From Candidatus Sumerlaeia bacterium (lineage in GTDB: Bacteria; Sumerlaeota; Sumerlaeia; SLMS01), in the NCBI GenBank assembly GCA_020831705.1, contig JAFIGB010000279.1, forward strand, positions 1 to 44,464: a stretch of DNA of 44,464 bases. Reading direction: 5' to 3'. Below the pieces are notes generated by a model. That model was not told the origin of the DNA. It searched no databases and was given only the letters and a program-made list of their open reading frames with translations. Position 1 is the first letter of the stretch, and every line of letters begins with the position of its first letter. The position numbers and the translations under genes were made by a program. Shown piece by piece: positions 8,511-17,559 of the stretch.

Positions 8511-9353
8511 ATGAGTCCCTCACTTCAATCCAACGAACTTTCCCAGCGGATCAACGCTGCCGCGGAAGCCCTGCTGGAACATTTTGGTACTCTGCCATCC
8601 ACCCTGATCGTCGCCGGGAGCGGCCTGGGTGGTTTCGCGGCCACGCTGAAGGATGCCACATCACTGGGCTACGGGGATATCCCCCACTTTCCAGTCAGCA
8701 CCGTGGTTGGCCACGCAGGAAAGCTGGTGAAGGGGAAATGCGAGGGCCACGAGGTGCTGGTCATGAATGGCCGCAAGCATCTTTATGAAGGTGTGGATTC
8801 CACCGAGGCCACGCTCCCCCTCCGTGCCCTGCTCAAGGCGGGAATCAAAACAGTCATTCTTTCCAACGCCGCCGGCGCCCTCAATGTGCGCTTCGACGTG
8901 GGCGACCTGATGCTGATCACCGACCAGATCAACAACATGTATCGCAACCCGCTGATGGGCGGAAATTTGGATGATCTGGGGCCACGGTTTCCCGACATGA
9001 GCGAGCCCTACAGCCGGGAGCTCGCCACCATCGCCCGGGAAGTGGCCGTGGAGAAGGGCATCCCCCTTCGCGAGGGCGTGTATATCGCCAACATGGGACC
9101 GACCTACGAGACCCAGGCCGAAGTCCAGATGCTTCGCCAGTTTGGCGACGTGGTGGGAATGAGCACGGCACCGGAAACGCTGGTGGCAATCCATGCGGGA
9201 GCACGGGTGCTTGGCATCACGCTGGTCAGCAATTCCCTCGTCCGCAGGACGGATGTCGTGACGACCCATGATGAGGTCATGGAGGCGGGCAAGGAAGCGG
9301 CAGGGAAGTTTAATGAGCTGGTGGGCGGCGTTGTGAGGCGGCTCCATCAATGA
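8511..9353 (+). CDS. punA: Purine nucleoside phosphorylase (trimeric PNP/MTAP family)
   Basis: 280 aa. HFPVSTVVGHAGKLVKGKCEGHEVLVMNGRKHLYEG, NAAGALN and VVGMSTAPE are the classic PNP family blocks. Confidence 0.88.
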   Translation: MSPSLQSNELSQRINAAAEALLEHFGTLPSTLIVAGSGLGGFAATLKDATSLGYGDIPHFPVSTVVGHAGKLVKGKCEGHEVLVMNGRKHLYEGVDSTEATLPLRALLKAGIKTVILSNAAGALNVRFDVGDLMLITDQINNMYRNPLMGGNLDDLGPRFPDMSEPYSRELATIAREVAVEKGIPLREGVYIANMGPTYETQAEVQMLRQFGDVVGMSTAPETLVAIHAGARVLGITLVSNSLVRRTDVVTTHDEVMEAGKEAAGKFNELVGGVVRRLHQ

Positions 9354-9378
9354 CCCGGACACACGATAAAGGGCGTCC

Positions 9379-10317
9379 ATGATCGAAGTTTCCAATCTTA
9401 CAAAACGATACGGCCCGAACCGCTCCGTGGAGGATCTTTCCTTTGCCGTCGGTGAGGGCGATATCATGGGTTTTCTTGGCCCCAACGGTGCCGGAAAATC
9501 GACGACCATCCGCATGCTGGCAGGGTTGTCACGCCCCACCGCAGGAAACGCCACCATTGCCGGTTTTGATGTCCAGTCGGGGAACGCGGAATTGCGCCGC
9601 CTCATGGGATACCTTCCCGAACAGGGACCGCTGTATCTCGACATGACCCTCGATTCGTATTTACGCTTCATGGCGGGCATCAAGGGGGTTTCCTGGCGCC
9701 GCACGAAGATGGAGATGGAGCGGGTGACGGAGATGCTCAACCTGAAGAAGGAACGCCGCCGCCTCCTGCGCAACCTCTCGAAGGGTACCCGCCAGCGCGC
9801 CGCCATTGCCAATGCCCTGCTGGGACAACCGAAGGTATTGCTCCTCGACGAGCCCACTTCCGGCCTCGACCCCGCCCAGATCAATGACGTCCGCGAGGTG
9901 GTGCGCTCCCTTGAGGGAAAATGCACCGTTATCCTTTCCACCCACATCCTGACGGAAATTGAACATACGGCCACACGGATCGTGATTCTATCCGAAGGAA
10001 AAATTGCCGCCCAGGGAAGCGCCCGCGAGTTGAAGCAGGCCCATGGTTCCGTGTTGACGATCACCGCACGGGGCGATCACGAGGCCTTCGACAATGTGCT
10101 TCAGCGTTTCCTCCCCGGCCAACACGACATCGAGTCGGTTGATGACGGGGCCATGCGCGTTCGCCATGTCTATAAGGATGGCATCGACGACACCCGTTCC
10201 CACCTCGCTGCTGCAATCATCGCCAATGGGTTGGAACTGCTCGAATTGCGTGCCGACGCTCCCAGCCTGGAGGAGATTTTCCTTCGGGCCATCGGCAAGG
10301 GCAGGGAGGCCGCATGA
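9379..10317 (+). CDS. ABC transporter ATP-binding protein (ABC-2 / GldA-like)
   Basis: Walker A GPNGAGKST, signature LSKGTRQRAAIANAL, Walker B LLLDEPTSGLD, H-loop LSTHIL. The stop overlaps the next start (ATGA at 10314-10317). Confidence 0.92.
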   Translation: MIEVSNLTKRYGPNRSVEDLSFAVGEGDIMGFLGPNGAGKSTTIRMLAGLSRPTAGNATIAGFDVQSGNAELRRLMGYLPEQGPLYLDMTLDSYLRFMAGIKGVSWRRTKMEMERVTEMLNLKKERRRLLRNLSKGTRQRAAIANALLGQPKVLLLDEPTSGLDPAQINDVREVVRSLEGKCTVILSTHILTEIEHTATRIVILSEGKIAAQGSARELKQAHGSVLTITARGDHEAFDNVLQRFLPGQHDIESVDDGAMRVRHVYKDGIDDTRSHLAAAIIANGLELLELRADAPSLEEIFLRAIGKGREAA

Positions 10318-11072
10318 CATTCCTCCGCCAATGGTCCCTGATTTTTCGCCGTGAATTGATGGCCATGTTCAACATGCCCCTGTTCTATATCCTTTGCGGC
10401 ATCTTTTTCCTGCTCACTTCGCTTGTCTATCTGCTGATGCTTCTGGGTTTTTCCCGGGGCGATGACGGCATGTCGGTGAACATCACCGACTCGGTGGTTC
10501 GCCCGACCTTCCATGCACTCCATTTCTTCCTGCTGGTGCAGATTCCCCTGCTGACGATGCGAATGTTTTCCGAGGATCGCGCCGATGGAATGCTTGACCT
10601 GCTCCAGACCACCCCGGTTTCGGACTGGGCGGTCCTCGCGGGAAAATTCACCGCCGCCGTTGCCGCCTTCTCGATCTATATCGCCATGACGGCAATCTTC
10701 CCCTTCACGACATCGATGCTGTCCGACGTGGAATGGCCGGTAGCCGTGGGAAGCCTCATTGCGCTGGTACTGAGCACCGCCGCCTACCTGTCGATCGGGA
10801 TTTTCTTCAGCTCCATGACAGATTCCCAGGTGGTCGCTGCGGTGTTGTCCTACGTGGTGATCTTCCTTTTTGCCTTCGCTCAGGTATTCGCGGAGGGGAC
10901 GGGAATCATCCCGCTCATGGATGCGGCCCGTCACTTAGCCGTTTCGGAACACGTCGCGATGCTTCTATCAGGGAACATCGCCCCGATGAATATTGTCTAT
11001 TTCATTGTGCTCGGTTTCGTCTTCCTCTTCCTGACGGCCCGGACCCTTGAGATGCGGAGGTGGCGCTCATGA
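10314..11072 (+). CDS. ABC-2 type transporter permease (GldF-like)
   Basis: 252 aa with about six hydrophobic helices. It is translationally coupled on both sides within the ABC operon. Confidence 0.8.
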   Translation: MTFLRQWSLIFRRELMAMFNMPLFYILCGIFFLLTSLVYLLMLLGFSRGDDGMSVNITDSVVRPTFHALHFFLLVQIPLLTMRMFSEDRADGMLDLLQTTPVSDWAVLAGKFTAAVAAFSIYIAMTAIFPFTTSMLSDVEWPVAVGSLIALVLSTAAYLSIGIFFSSMTDSQVVAAVLSYVVIFLFAFAQVFAEGTGIIPLMDAARHLAVSEHVAMLLSGNIAPMNIVYFIVLGFVFLFLTARTLEMRRWRS

Positions 11073-12661
11073 CAAATCGCACCACCAAACGCCAGGCATC
11101 GACTGTCCTCCGTTCTGTACCGGTCGTCCTTGGGCTTATCGGGCTCGTGACAATGGTGGTGCTCGGGGCCGTCAACGGCCACTTCACCACCATGCACTTC
11201 GCCATCGGGTTCCTTTCCATAACCTCGATGATCGGCGGGCTGTTCTGGCTCCAGGAGGTCGCCTGGAAGCAGACCGTCGCCACAATTGTCTATTCGGTGT
11301 TCTTTGTTTTCTGCGCGACGCTTGTGTACCTGATTTCGGCGAATCGCAATGTGCGCTTCGATATCACCCGTGACCAGATCCATACAATCAGCCCGCTGAC
11401 ACGGTCGATGCTCAACGCCATCCCGCCGGGGCACCGTGTGGTGGCGCAAATTTTCGCCCCTGCATCCCAGCACAACCAACTGGCCCGGCTCCTTGAAAAC
11501 TGCGAACGGGAATCATCCCGCTTTGTCTTCGAGCTATACGACCCGGACCGGGATCTGGATGTGGTGATGCAGCTTGGCGGGACGGTCCGAAAGGGCACGA
11601 TCTTTGTCAGTCACGTCAACGAGGAGGGTGAATTACTCGCCCGGGTTGACAGGGGGGAATTCTCGTTGACCAATCCCCTGCGCGAAAGCGTCCTGACCAA
11701 TGCCATCGCCCGAACCCTCCAGGATGAGAACAAGAAATATTACTTCGTCACGGGCCATGGCGGGAAGCGCCTCGATGGTTCGGATGGTTCCCTCACGAAA
11801 CTGGCCAACCTTATCGTTGGGTCGACGTTTCCCATCGAGGGCCTTCGACTGGCCGAGGGTCGCATCCCCGACGACGTCGCAGCGCTGATCATTGCCGGCC
11901 CCGCCCGCGATCTTTCCGCCTTTGAGCGGGAACTGCTGGAGCATTATCTGGATGAGGGGGGCGACCTGCTCCTGATGCTCGACCCTGTCATGCCGGGCGG
12001 TGAGCAACTCACCAACTTCGAGGAACTTATAGACGTCGCTGGTGCCCTTCAGGCCCCAAATCTCCTCGTCATCGACCCCAGTGCGGTCAATATCAGCGGA
12101 TACGCCTTCACACCGCTGGGAATTTGGGCCGACCATGAAATCAGCCGCGCCACAAATCAGGCCCCCTTCAGCCTTGTCCAGTCGCGCCCCATCCTGGCGA
12201 ATCCCAATCCCCCCGATGACATTGAGCAGTATGGAATCATCACCACAAACAACCGGGCCTGGGTGGAACGCCTTGAGGACCTGCGTACGCTGAGCAGGTT
12301 CACCCCGCCTTCGGATCCGGATGAGATTGGGGTCTATACAATGGCCGCCTCCACCCGCAGGCCAACACCTGGCGGTCGCTTCGGCGACGAGATGCGCATG
12401 GTCGTGGTGGGTGATTCCGAAGGATTCACCGACCGCCATCTAGAGCGCAACGGCGACGCTGCCCTCTTCGTCCTGCAAAGCCTGAACTGGATGCGCGGGG
12501 AACAGGACCTCCTTCAGGTGCCGCCACGACGCCTCACAAGCACGCCGCTCAACCTTACCGCTACAACAGCCTGGATGCTTGCCGGGATTTATCTCGGCCT
12601 TGGACTGTTGTTTACCCTGGGAGGCACCGCCTGGACGGTGGCAAGGAGGCGCAGCAAATGA
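11069..12661 (+). CDS. GldG-like auxiliary component of ABC-type transport system
   Basis: N- and C-terminal TM anchors flank a large soluble domain carrying YYFVTGHGGKRLDG, typical of the GldG family. The track ORF starts at GTG 11060. ATG 11069 has GGAGG 8 nt upstream and forms an ATGA overlap with the permease stop, so I prefer it. Confidence 0.75.
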   Translation: MTNRTTKRQASTVLRSVPVVLGLIGLVTMVVLGAVNGHFTTMHFAIGFLSITSMIGGLFWLQEVAWKQTVATIVYSVFFVFCATLVYLISANRNVRFDITRDQIHTISPLTRSMLNAIPPGHRVVAQIFAPASQHNQLARLLENCERESSRFVFELYDPDRDLDVVMQLGGTVRKGTIFVSHVNEEGELLARVDRGEFSLTNPLRESVLTNAIARTLQDENKKYYFVTGHGGKRLDGSDGSLTKLANLIVGSTFPIEGLRLAEGRIPDDVAALIIAGPARDLSAFERELLEHYLDEGGDLLLMLDPVMPGGEQLTNFEELIDVAGALQAPNLLVIDPSAVNISGYAFTPLGIWADHEISRATNQAPFSLVQSRPILANPNPPDDIEQYGIITTNNRAWVERLEDLRTLSRFTPPSDPDEIGVYTMAASTRRPTPGGRFGDEMRMVVVGDSEGFTDRHLERNGDAALFVLQSLNWMRGEQDLLQVPPRRLTSTPLNLTATTAWMLAGIYLGLGLLFTLGGTAWTVARRRSK

Positions 12662-14457
12662 AACCTTGGCGCGCCGCCATCGCAGCACTCGCCGCAGTTA
12701 TCCTTCTGAGTGTCTATCTCTGGGATCTTCGCAGGACGGAAACATCGGCCATCCTCGCCATGCAGCAGGATCGCGTCCTGTTCATGGTTCCCGGCCTTGT
12801 GTCGGAAGTCGCCTTTCATGGTGACGAAGGCCCCGTCCATGTCGTTCGCGTTGATGAATCCGACAAATGGCAGATGACGAGCCCCAGTGAAATTGCTGCC
12901 AATGAGATCATCATCGAGTCGTACCTCGAAAACCTGCGGGGTGCCCGCCGTCATGCCCTCGTGGACCACCGCACCGCCGAAGAGGTGGGGCTTGACAACC
13001 CACGGCGCACGGTGTCCGTAACCTTTGCAGACGAGCGCACCGGCGAGGTCAGGACAAGGACCCTTGAGTTCGGCAGCCAGCCCGATGAATTGTCCAAGGT
13101 CTATGCATGGATCCGCGAGGAGGGGACGATCTTTACCGTCTCCGACTGGCTATACAGGCAGGCCAACAAGTCGTTCCAGGATCTGAGAAGCACCGTTGCC
13201 GTCCCCGCTGATATCACGTCTGCCACCCGCCTCGATATATACCTGCGCAGGAATTCCTACACCCTCAGCCGCCCCGATTCCTCGTCGATGGAATGGATGC
13301 TCACGGAGGAGGATCGGGATCCGATCCCCGCTGATCGCGGCATGATGGACCGCTTGATGGCCAACCTGGGCAATGCCCGTTTCTTCCGCATCCACGACGA
13401 TGTCACCACGCCAACCGCCCAGTTGGGCCTGGCACCGCCGACACTGGAAATCGTGGCCGATGACGAAACCGCTCTCTCCATCGGCAACAGGATTGGCGAA
13501 CTGGAGCAATTCATCGCGAAGTCGGCTGACGGCACGATTGGCGACCTGCCCGGCTCCCACGTCATTGATCTTTTCCGCTCCCCTGCCGAGTGGGGGACGA
13601 AGCGTTTTTCCTGGATTCCCCGGTCCGAAATCACCGAGATCCACAGCGTTCTCGGGAATACGCGCTTTACACTAAAACGGGGTGATGATGGCTGGTTTTT
13701 CCGGGAGATGCCCGGCGTACCGGTCCGCCAGGAAGCAGTAACGCAGTTCCTTGAGGGCGTGGAATCCTTCCGGGGTTCCCAACTGCTTTCCGCTACTGTT
13801 GCCGAGGAGGATCGCCTTCGCCACGGCCTCCACGACGAGTCCTACAAGATCAGGCTCGTGGACGGGGACGGCAACGAACACGGATTCCACTTCGGGCGTA
13901 TAGACACCCGTGAGGCGATGACCCATGTGTACCGGATCCAGGACGGGACCCTTTGGTCCGTTCCATCAAGGACACAGGGCCTTGTCTATCGATATAGAAG
14001 CGACTTCGAGGAACGTCGGGTTCTTCCGGGGCTTGCTTCGCGGGCCGACCACATCGAGATCATCACCCCCCATGGGAAAATGAGCTTTCAACGTACCCCC
14101 GCCGCCTGGCGTGTCACGATGCCCGGGGAACGGCCAACGCTTGTGCCACCATCGATGATGCTCGATTTTCTTGATGCCTTCGAGGACATGGAAATTCAGG
14201 CCGAGATGATCGCGAATGACCAAATTCCGCCGGAAATTACCTTCCATTTCTACGAACAGGACATGGATGAACCATTCCTGACGGCAGGCGTTCTCATGCG
14301 AAGCCAAAGCACCGGCAACACCATCCTTCGCGTGAAGAGTGATGGGGAACCGGTCCGTGCGGTGGAAATCAATGCTGAGCAGGTCGGTTTCATGGACGAC
14401 TCACTGACGAAACTCCTCGTCGGTGCCAAGGCGCGGGCCGAGCAGGACCGCCAGTAG
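12658..14457 (+). CDS. DUF4340-like protein (N-terminal membrane anchor), usual partner of GldG-type modules
   Basis: 599-aa ORF with N-terminal TM AAIAALAAVILLSVYLW and an ATGA overlap with the GldG-like gene. The family label rests on position and architecture only, because I cannot verify a diagnostic motif. Confidence 0.6.
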   Translation: MKPWRAAIAALAAVILLSVYLWDLRRTETSAILAMQQDRVLFMVPGLVSEVAFHGDEGPVHVVRVDESDKWQMTSPSEIAANEIIIESYLENLRGARRHALVDHRTAEEVGLDNPRRTVSVTFADERTGEVRTRTLEFGSQPDELSKVYAWIREEGTIFTVSDWLYRQANKSFQDLRSTVAVPADITSATRLDIYLRRNSYTLSRPDSSSMEWMLTEEDRDPIPADRGMMDRLMANLGNARFFRIHDDVTTPTAQLGLAPPTLEIVADDETALSIGNRIGELEQFIAKSADGTIGDLPGSHVIDLFRSPAEWGTKRFSWIPRSEITEIHSVLGNTRFTLKRGDDGWFFREMPGVPVRQEAVTQFLEGVESFRGSQLLSATVAEEDRLRHGLHDESYKIRLVDGDGNEHGFHFGRIDTREAMTHVYRIQDGTLWSVPSRTQGLVYRYRSDFEERRVLPGLASRADHIEIITPHGKMSFQRTPAAWRVTMPGERPTLVPPSMMLDFLDAFEDMEIQAEMIANDQIPPEITFHFYEQDMDEPFLTAGVLMRSQSTGNTILRVKSDGEPVRAVEINAEQVGFMDDSLTKLLVGAKARAEQDRQ

Positions 14458-14493
14458 GATCGTTTGACCAATCGGGTCCGTTACATCAAGCAT

Positions 14494-14545
14494 CCCCGCC
14501 GGGCGGCAAAAAAGCACTTGCCGACACCAGCGGGGAATGTTTTTT
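14494..14545 (+). terminator. Possible intrinsic terminator after the ABC/DUF4340 operon
   Basis: Outer stem CCCCGC...GCGGGG encloses an inner CGGCA...TGCCG pairing, followed by AATG and a run of six T. The loop is long, so the call is weak. Confidence 0.35.
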
Positions 14546-14570
14546 GTCCGATAATTGACGATCCTGTGGC

Positions 14571-15272
14571 ATGGCATCGGAATTTTCCGGCCCACGGGGA
14601 AAGGCCCCACCCTTGAAGCGACTTCACGAAGCGATCGATATTTCCGTCGTTACCTCCCCCGAATTGCCCGTCTATCCGGGAGATCCACCCATCCGGCACC
14701 AGGAGTCTGCGACCTCCGGGCAGGGGCATCATATTGTCGTGGGGAATTGGCACATGACATCCCACACCGGAACCCATATAGACACCCCCCGGCACTTCTA
14801 CCCGAAAGGCAGGTGCATCACCGACTACCCCCCTTCATTTTTTGAGTTCACCGTTGCCGTCGTTGACGCTGTTGACCTGCGCATGTCGGAACGACACATT
14901 GATGTGCCCTTCCTTGAGGAGGCATCAAATCACTTTCTCGGTGTCGATGCGGTGCTTTTCAAGACTCACCGCGGGGAGCTTTGGGAGCAGGAAAAATATG
15001 ACCCCAAGTTCACGGCCCTGACATCAAGGGCGGCCGAATGGATTGTGCGCGTTCCGGGGTTGCGGCTTGTTGGTATTGATTACCTCTCGATTGATCCCCA
15101 CGGGGCCGATCCGTATTCCGCCCACCTGACACTCCTTGCTACGGGAATTCTCATTCTCGAGTGTGTGAATCTTTCCAATATACCGGCGGGTCGCTACGAC
15201 CTGGTTTGTGTCCCTGTTTGCTGGGGAGCAAGCGAGGCGGCACCCTGTCGGGCGCTCCTGTTTGACAAATAA
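14571..15272 (+). CDS. Putative cyclase family protein / kynurenine formamidase-like
   Basis: The HxGTHxDxPxH metal motif is present as SHTGTHIDTPRHF, and the length (233 aa) is typical. Confidence 0.8.
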   Translation: MASEFSGPRGKAPPLKRLHEAIDISVVTSPELPVYPGDPPIRHQESATSGQGHHIVVGNWHMTSHTGTHIDTPRHFYPKGRCITDYPPSFFEFTVAVVDAVDLRMSERHIDVPFLEEASNHFLGVDAVLFKTHRGELWEQEKYDPKFTALTSRAAEWIVRVPGLRLVGIDYLSIDPHGADPYSAHLTLLATGILILECVNLSNIPAGRYDLVCVPVCWGASEAAPCRALLFDK

Positions 15273-16114
15273 TCGAATCCCCTCCTGATTTGGGCGGGCA
15301 ACCCACCCGGGGCAATCTCGTCCACATGGCGACCCAGGGTGTATATCGCCACGGGTGCCAGAATGTGGGAGGAGCGCAGCAGGATCTCCGGGTAGGACAT
15401 GATGCCCAGGGCTGTCACCCGGGATGCGGCGGTGATGGCGCTCCAGAAACAAAGCCACGCCAGTAAGGGCCGCCACTTGCCAATCAGAACGGCAATGGCA
15501 ACAATCACATCCACCACACCAATGACCTGAAGCATCACCACCGCGGTGGATTCGGTCAGTCTATAACCAATCAGATTCCGCGATGTCCCGATGAGCAGGT
15601 CAATGAAGCCGGGGTGCCTGCCCAGGGCCTGGAAGCCATGAACCGCAAACACCACGGCGACGGCGATGCGAAGCATCCAAAGTGCGGTGATATACTTCCA
15701 GACCTTACCGGGGAGGAGAAACACTGCCAGGGAAAGCGGTGCCATATAACGGAGCATCGAGGACCACATCGACCATTCGGAGAAATGATTTCCACCAAAG
15801 CTGTATGCCGCCCAGGCCTCCAACATGATCGCTCCCCCAATCAGCCCGGCCACGATGGCAAAGGGACGGATGAGGAGGGAAATGCCAAGGAGGAGGAGCA
15901 CCTTCGACCAAAGGCGTTCGTGGAATCCAATCGTTGCGTGGGGAATTCCCCAGTCCATCAGCGCCACACCACCAAGGGAACTTCCCACCCGGGTGTGCAT
16001 GGCAATGAACAATCCAATCAGATGAATAACAATGGTCACCCGCAGAATCCACGAGGTGGCAGTCAACCACCCCGCAGGTTTGCTATCAGCCGGGCTCACC
16101 ATATTGGAACTCAC
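15194..16114 (-). CDS. Polytopic (about 8 helices) integral membrane protein of unknown family
   Basis: 306-aa ORF with strongly hydrophobic segments throughout. The start overlaps the stop of the upstream phosphoesterase gene (ATGA at 16111-16114). The last 79 nt overlap the convergent cyclase gene. Confidence 0.7.
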   Translation of the reverse strand: MSSNMVSPADSKPAGWLTATSWILRVTIVIHLIGLFIAMHTRVGSSLGGVALMDWGIPHATIGFHERLWSKVLLLLGISLLIRPFAIVAGLIGGAIMLEAWAAYSFGGNHFSEWSMWSSMLRYMAPLSLAVFLLPGKVWKYITALWMLRIAVAVVFAVHGFQALGRHPGFIDLLIGTSRNLIGYRLTESTAVVMLQVIGVVDVIVAIAVLIGKWRPLLAWLCFWSAITAASRVTALGIMSYPEILLRSSHILAPVAIYTLGRHVDEIAPGGLPAQIRRGFDYLSNRSARQGAASLAPQQTGTQTRS

Positions 16115-17406
16115 TGGTCAATGGACGACACGGGGATCTTCTTGCGTGGTGTCAGCGTGAAATCGTCCAGTATCTTCGCGTCCATTCCGTAGGCAGTGCC
16201 CCTGAGAGTTTCGCTATTAAACCTCAACACATGAACATGGTGTGCCGGTTTCGTGAGGCCCGGTTCCTGAAGGTACCAACGCTCGGGATCGGGATTGCGC
16301 TGGGGAACACCAAGGCCGCCATCGCCGATATAGACAACTCCATTTTCGGGGTCATGCTCTCCGGCCCGAATGGGAACGGTGCGCTTGAGGGCATGATCAT
16401 GGGATTCGAGGGCGAGGTCGATGGTGTACTTCTCGAAAATGTCGACCCAATTGTCCCTGCGGGTGGCGCCGTCCTGATAGGTACGCACACTGGGGTATGA
16501 TGGGCGATGGTAGGAAGCGACGACCCAGCGATTCTCCGGGCGGACCCGTTCAAGCGTTGAGTCCAGCCAGTCACGCTGGTCACCACCGAGGCTGATTTCT
16601 GTATTCAACGTGATGATGGAGACCCTCGAAGAGAGGGTTGTCTCAAAGTAATAATCCTGGCCGAGATCAGGCCAGGAAAACATTTCTACATACCCGACAC
16701 CACGATCATGATTTCCCCGCGCAGGAATGATGGGAAGGAGGCGCCCCTTGCTGGTGGTGGTCAACTCATGATCAGAAAGCCACGGCTCCAGATAGCGCCA
16801 TTCCGCAAGCTGGCAGTAATCACCGCCATGAACGAAGGCGATGATGTCCGGGTTTTCCTCAAAGAGGATAGACATGCGGCGGTTCATCTTCTGGCGGTCG
16901 TTATGATCGTATGGATCGCTTCCGCCAATTCGCGAATCCCCCCCGAAAAGAACCGCCACATCCTTGTCGTCGCCGGGGGCGGTGCGGAAGTGGAATTCCT
17001 GTGACACGGACTCATCAGTGGCAAAGACAACGTAATAGACGGTGTCGGGACGCAGGTCACTCAAATGGACGTGATGGTAATGGGCAGGGTCGACCCAGTT
17101 ATGATCCACCTCGCGCATGGTGTACTTGCCTGTCTTGAAGGACTTGGAGGACTTGGAGTAGGACTCGATGTCTCCTGCCCTGGAGACGCGATCGAAATAG
17201 ACACGATTATTGGTGCCTTCCTCTCTTGTGTTCCAGGAAAGGACTGCCTGGCTGGCGGGATCCTTGATCCAAAGCACCCGATGATGAAAAGTTCCCGAAT
17301 CAGGGGCGGGAACGATGGGATCCTGGGCATACGCCATGGTTGCCAGCATCGCCGCCATCAGGGGGGCGGTGGTTGCTCCAAGAAGACTTCCACGCCAATT
17401 TATCAT
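16111..17406 (-). CDS. Secreted calcineurin-like metallophosphoesterase, purple-acid-phosphatase-like
   Basis: Signal peptide LLGATTAPLMAAMLATMAYAQDP, then an FN3-like N-terminal region, then motifs FGGDSRIG, VHGGDY, ARGNHD, ESHDHAL and IGDGG. The track ORF begins at TTG 17421. ATG 17406 has GGAG 9 nt upstream, so I prefer it. Confidence 0.82.
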   Translation of the reverse strand: MINWRGSLLGATTAPLMAAMLATMAYAQDPIVPAPDSGTFHHRVLWIKDPASQAVLSWNTREEGTNNRVYFDRVSRAGDIESYSKSSKSFKTGKYTMREVDHNWVDPAHYHHVHLSDLRPDTVYYVVFATDESVSQEFHFRTAPGDDKDVAVLFGGDSRIGGSDPYDHNDRQKMNRRMSILFEENPDIIAFVHGGDYCQLAEWRYLEPWLSDHELTTTSKGRLLPIIPARGNHDRGVGYVEMFSWPDLGQDYYFETTLSSRVSIITLNTEISLGGDQRDWLDSTLERVRPENRWVVASYHRPSYPSVRTYQDGATRRDNWVDIFEKYTIDLALESHDHALKRTVPIRAGEHDPENGVVYIGDGGLGVPQRNPDPERWYLQEPGLTKPAHHVHVLRFNSETLRGTAYGMDAKILDDFTLTPRKKIPVSSIDQ

Positions 17407-17559
17407 GGGAACGGACTCCAAGTCGTTGATTTTAGCGGGCTTGGGGCATCAGCCCGCCCGTCAAGAAGTAACCATTAATCGCCACTGAATGACTTGGCAA
17501 GCATTATGGTCCAAGGGACACCCCGTCACGGAGTTGTCATCGTAAATGGAGGGCCTTTA

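Noticed and set aside
2538-9353. Amidohydrolase plus PNP-family phosphorylase as an MTA deaminase / methylthioinosine phosphorylase salvage pair
   Set aside because: The amidohydrolase matches SsnA-specific blocks rather than MtaD-type deaminases. The two genes are 4.6 kb apart, on opposite strands, with unrelated genes between them.
8661-10064. Long antisense ORFs typical of the window (8661-10064, 1315-2352, 4004-5125, 4972-6321, 22589-23734, 23338-25002, 25321-26163, 26094-27053, 31687-32907, 39837-40937, 42943-43890)
   Set aside because: Each lies opposite or out of frame to a gene with clear family motifs. The translations are Arg/Gly/Pro-rich with no recognisable domains. Stop-poor GC-rich DNA produces such shadow ORFs.
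17435-17457. Hairpin GCGGGCT-N9-AGCCCGC between the giant gene and the phosphatase gene as an intrinsic terminator
   Set aside because: On the transcribed (minus) strand it is followed by TAAAATC rather than a U-tract. It may be an RNA processing or stability element, but I cannot support calling it a terminator.
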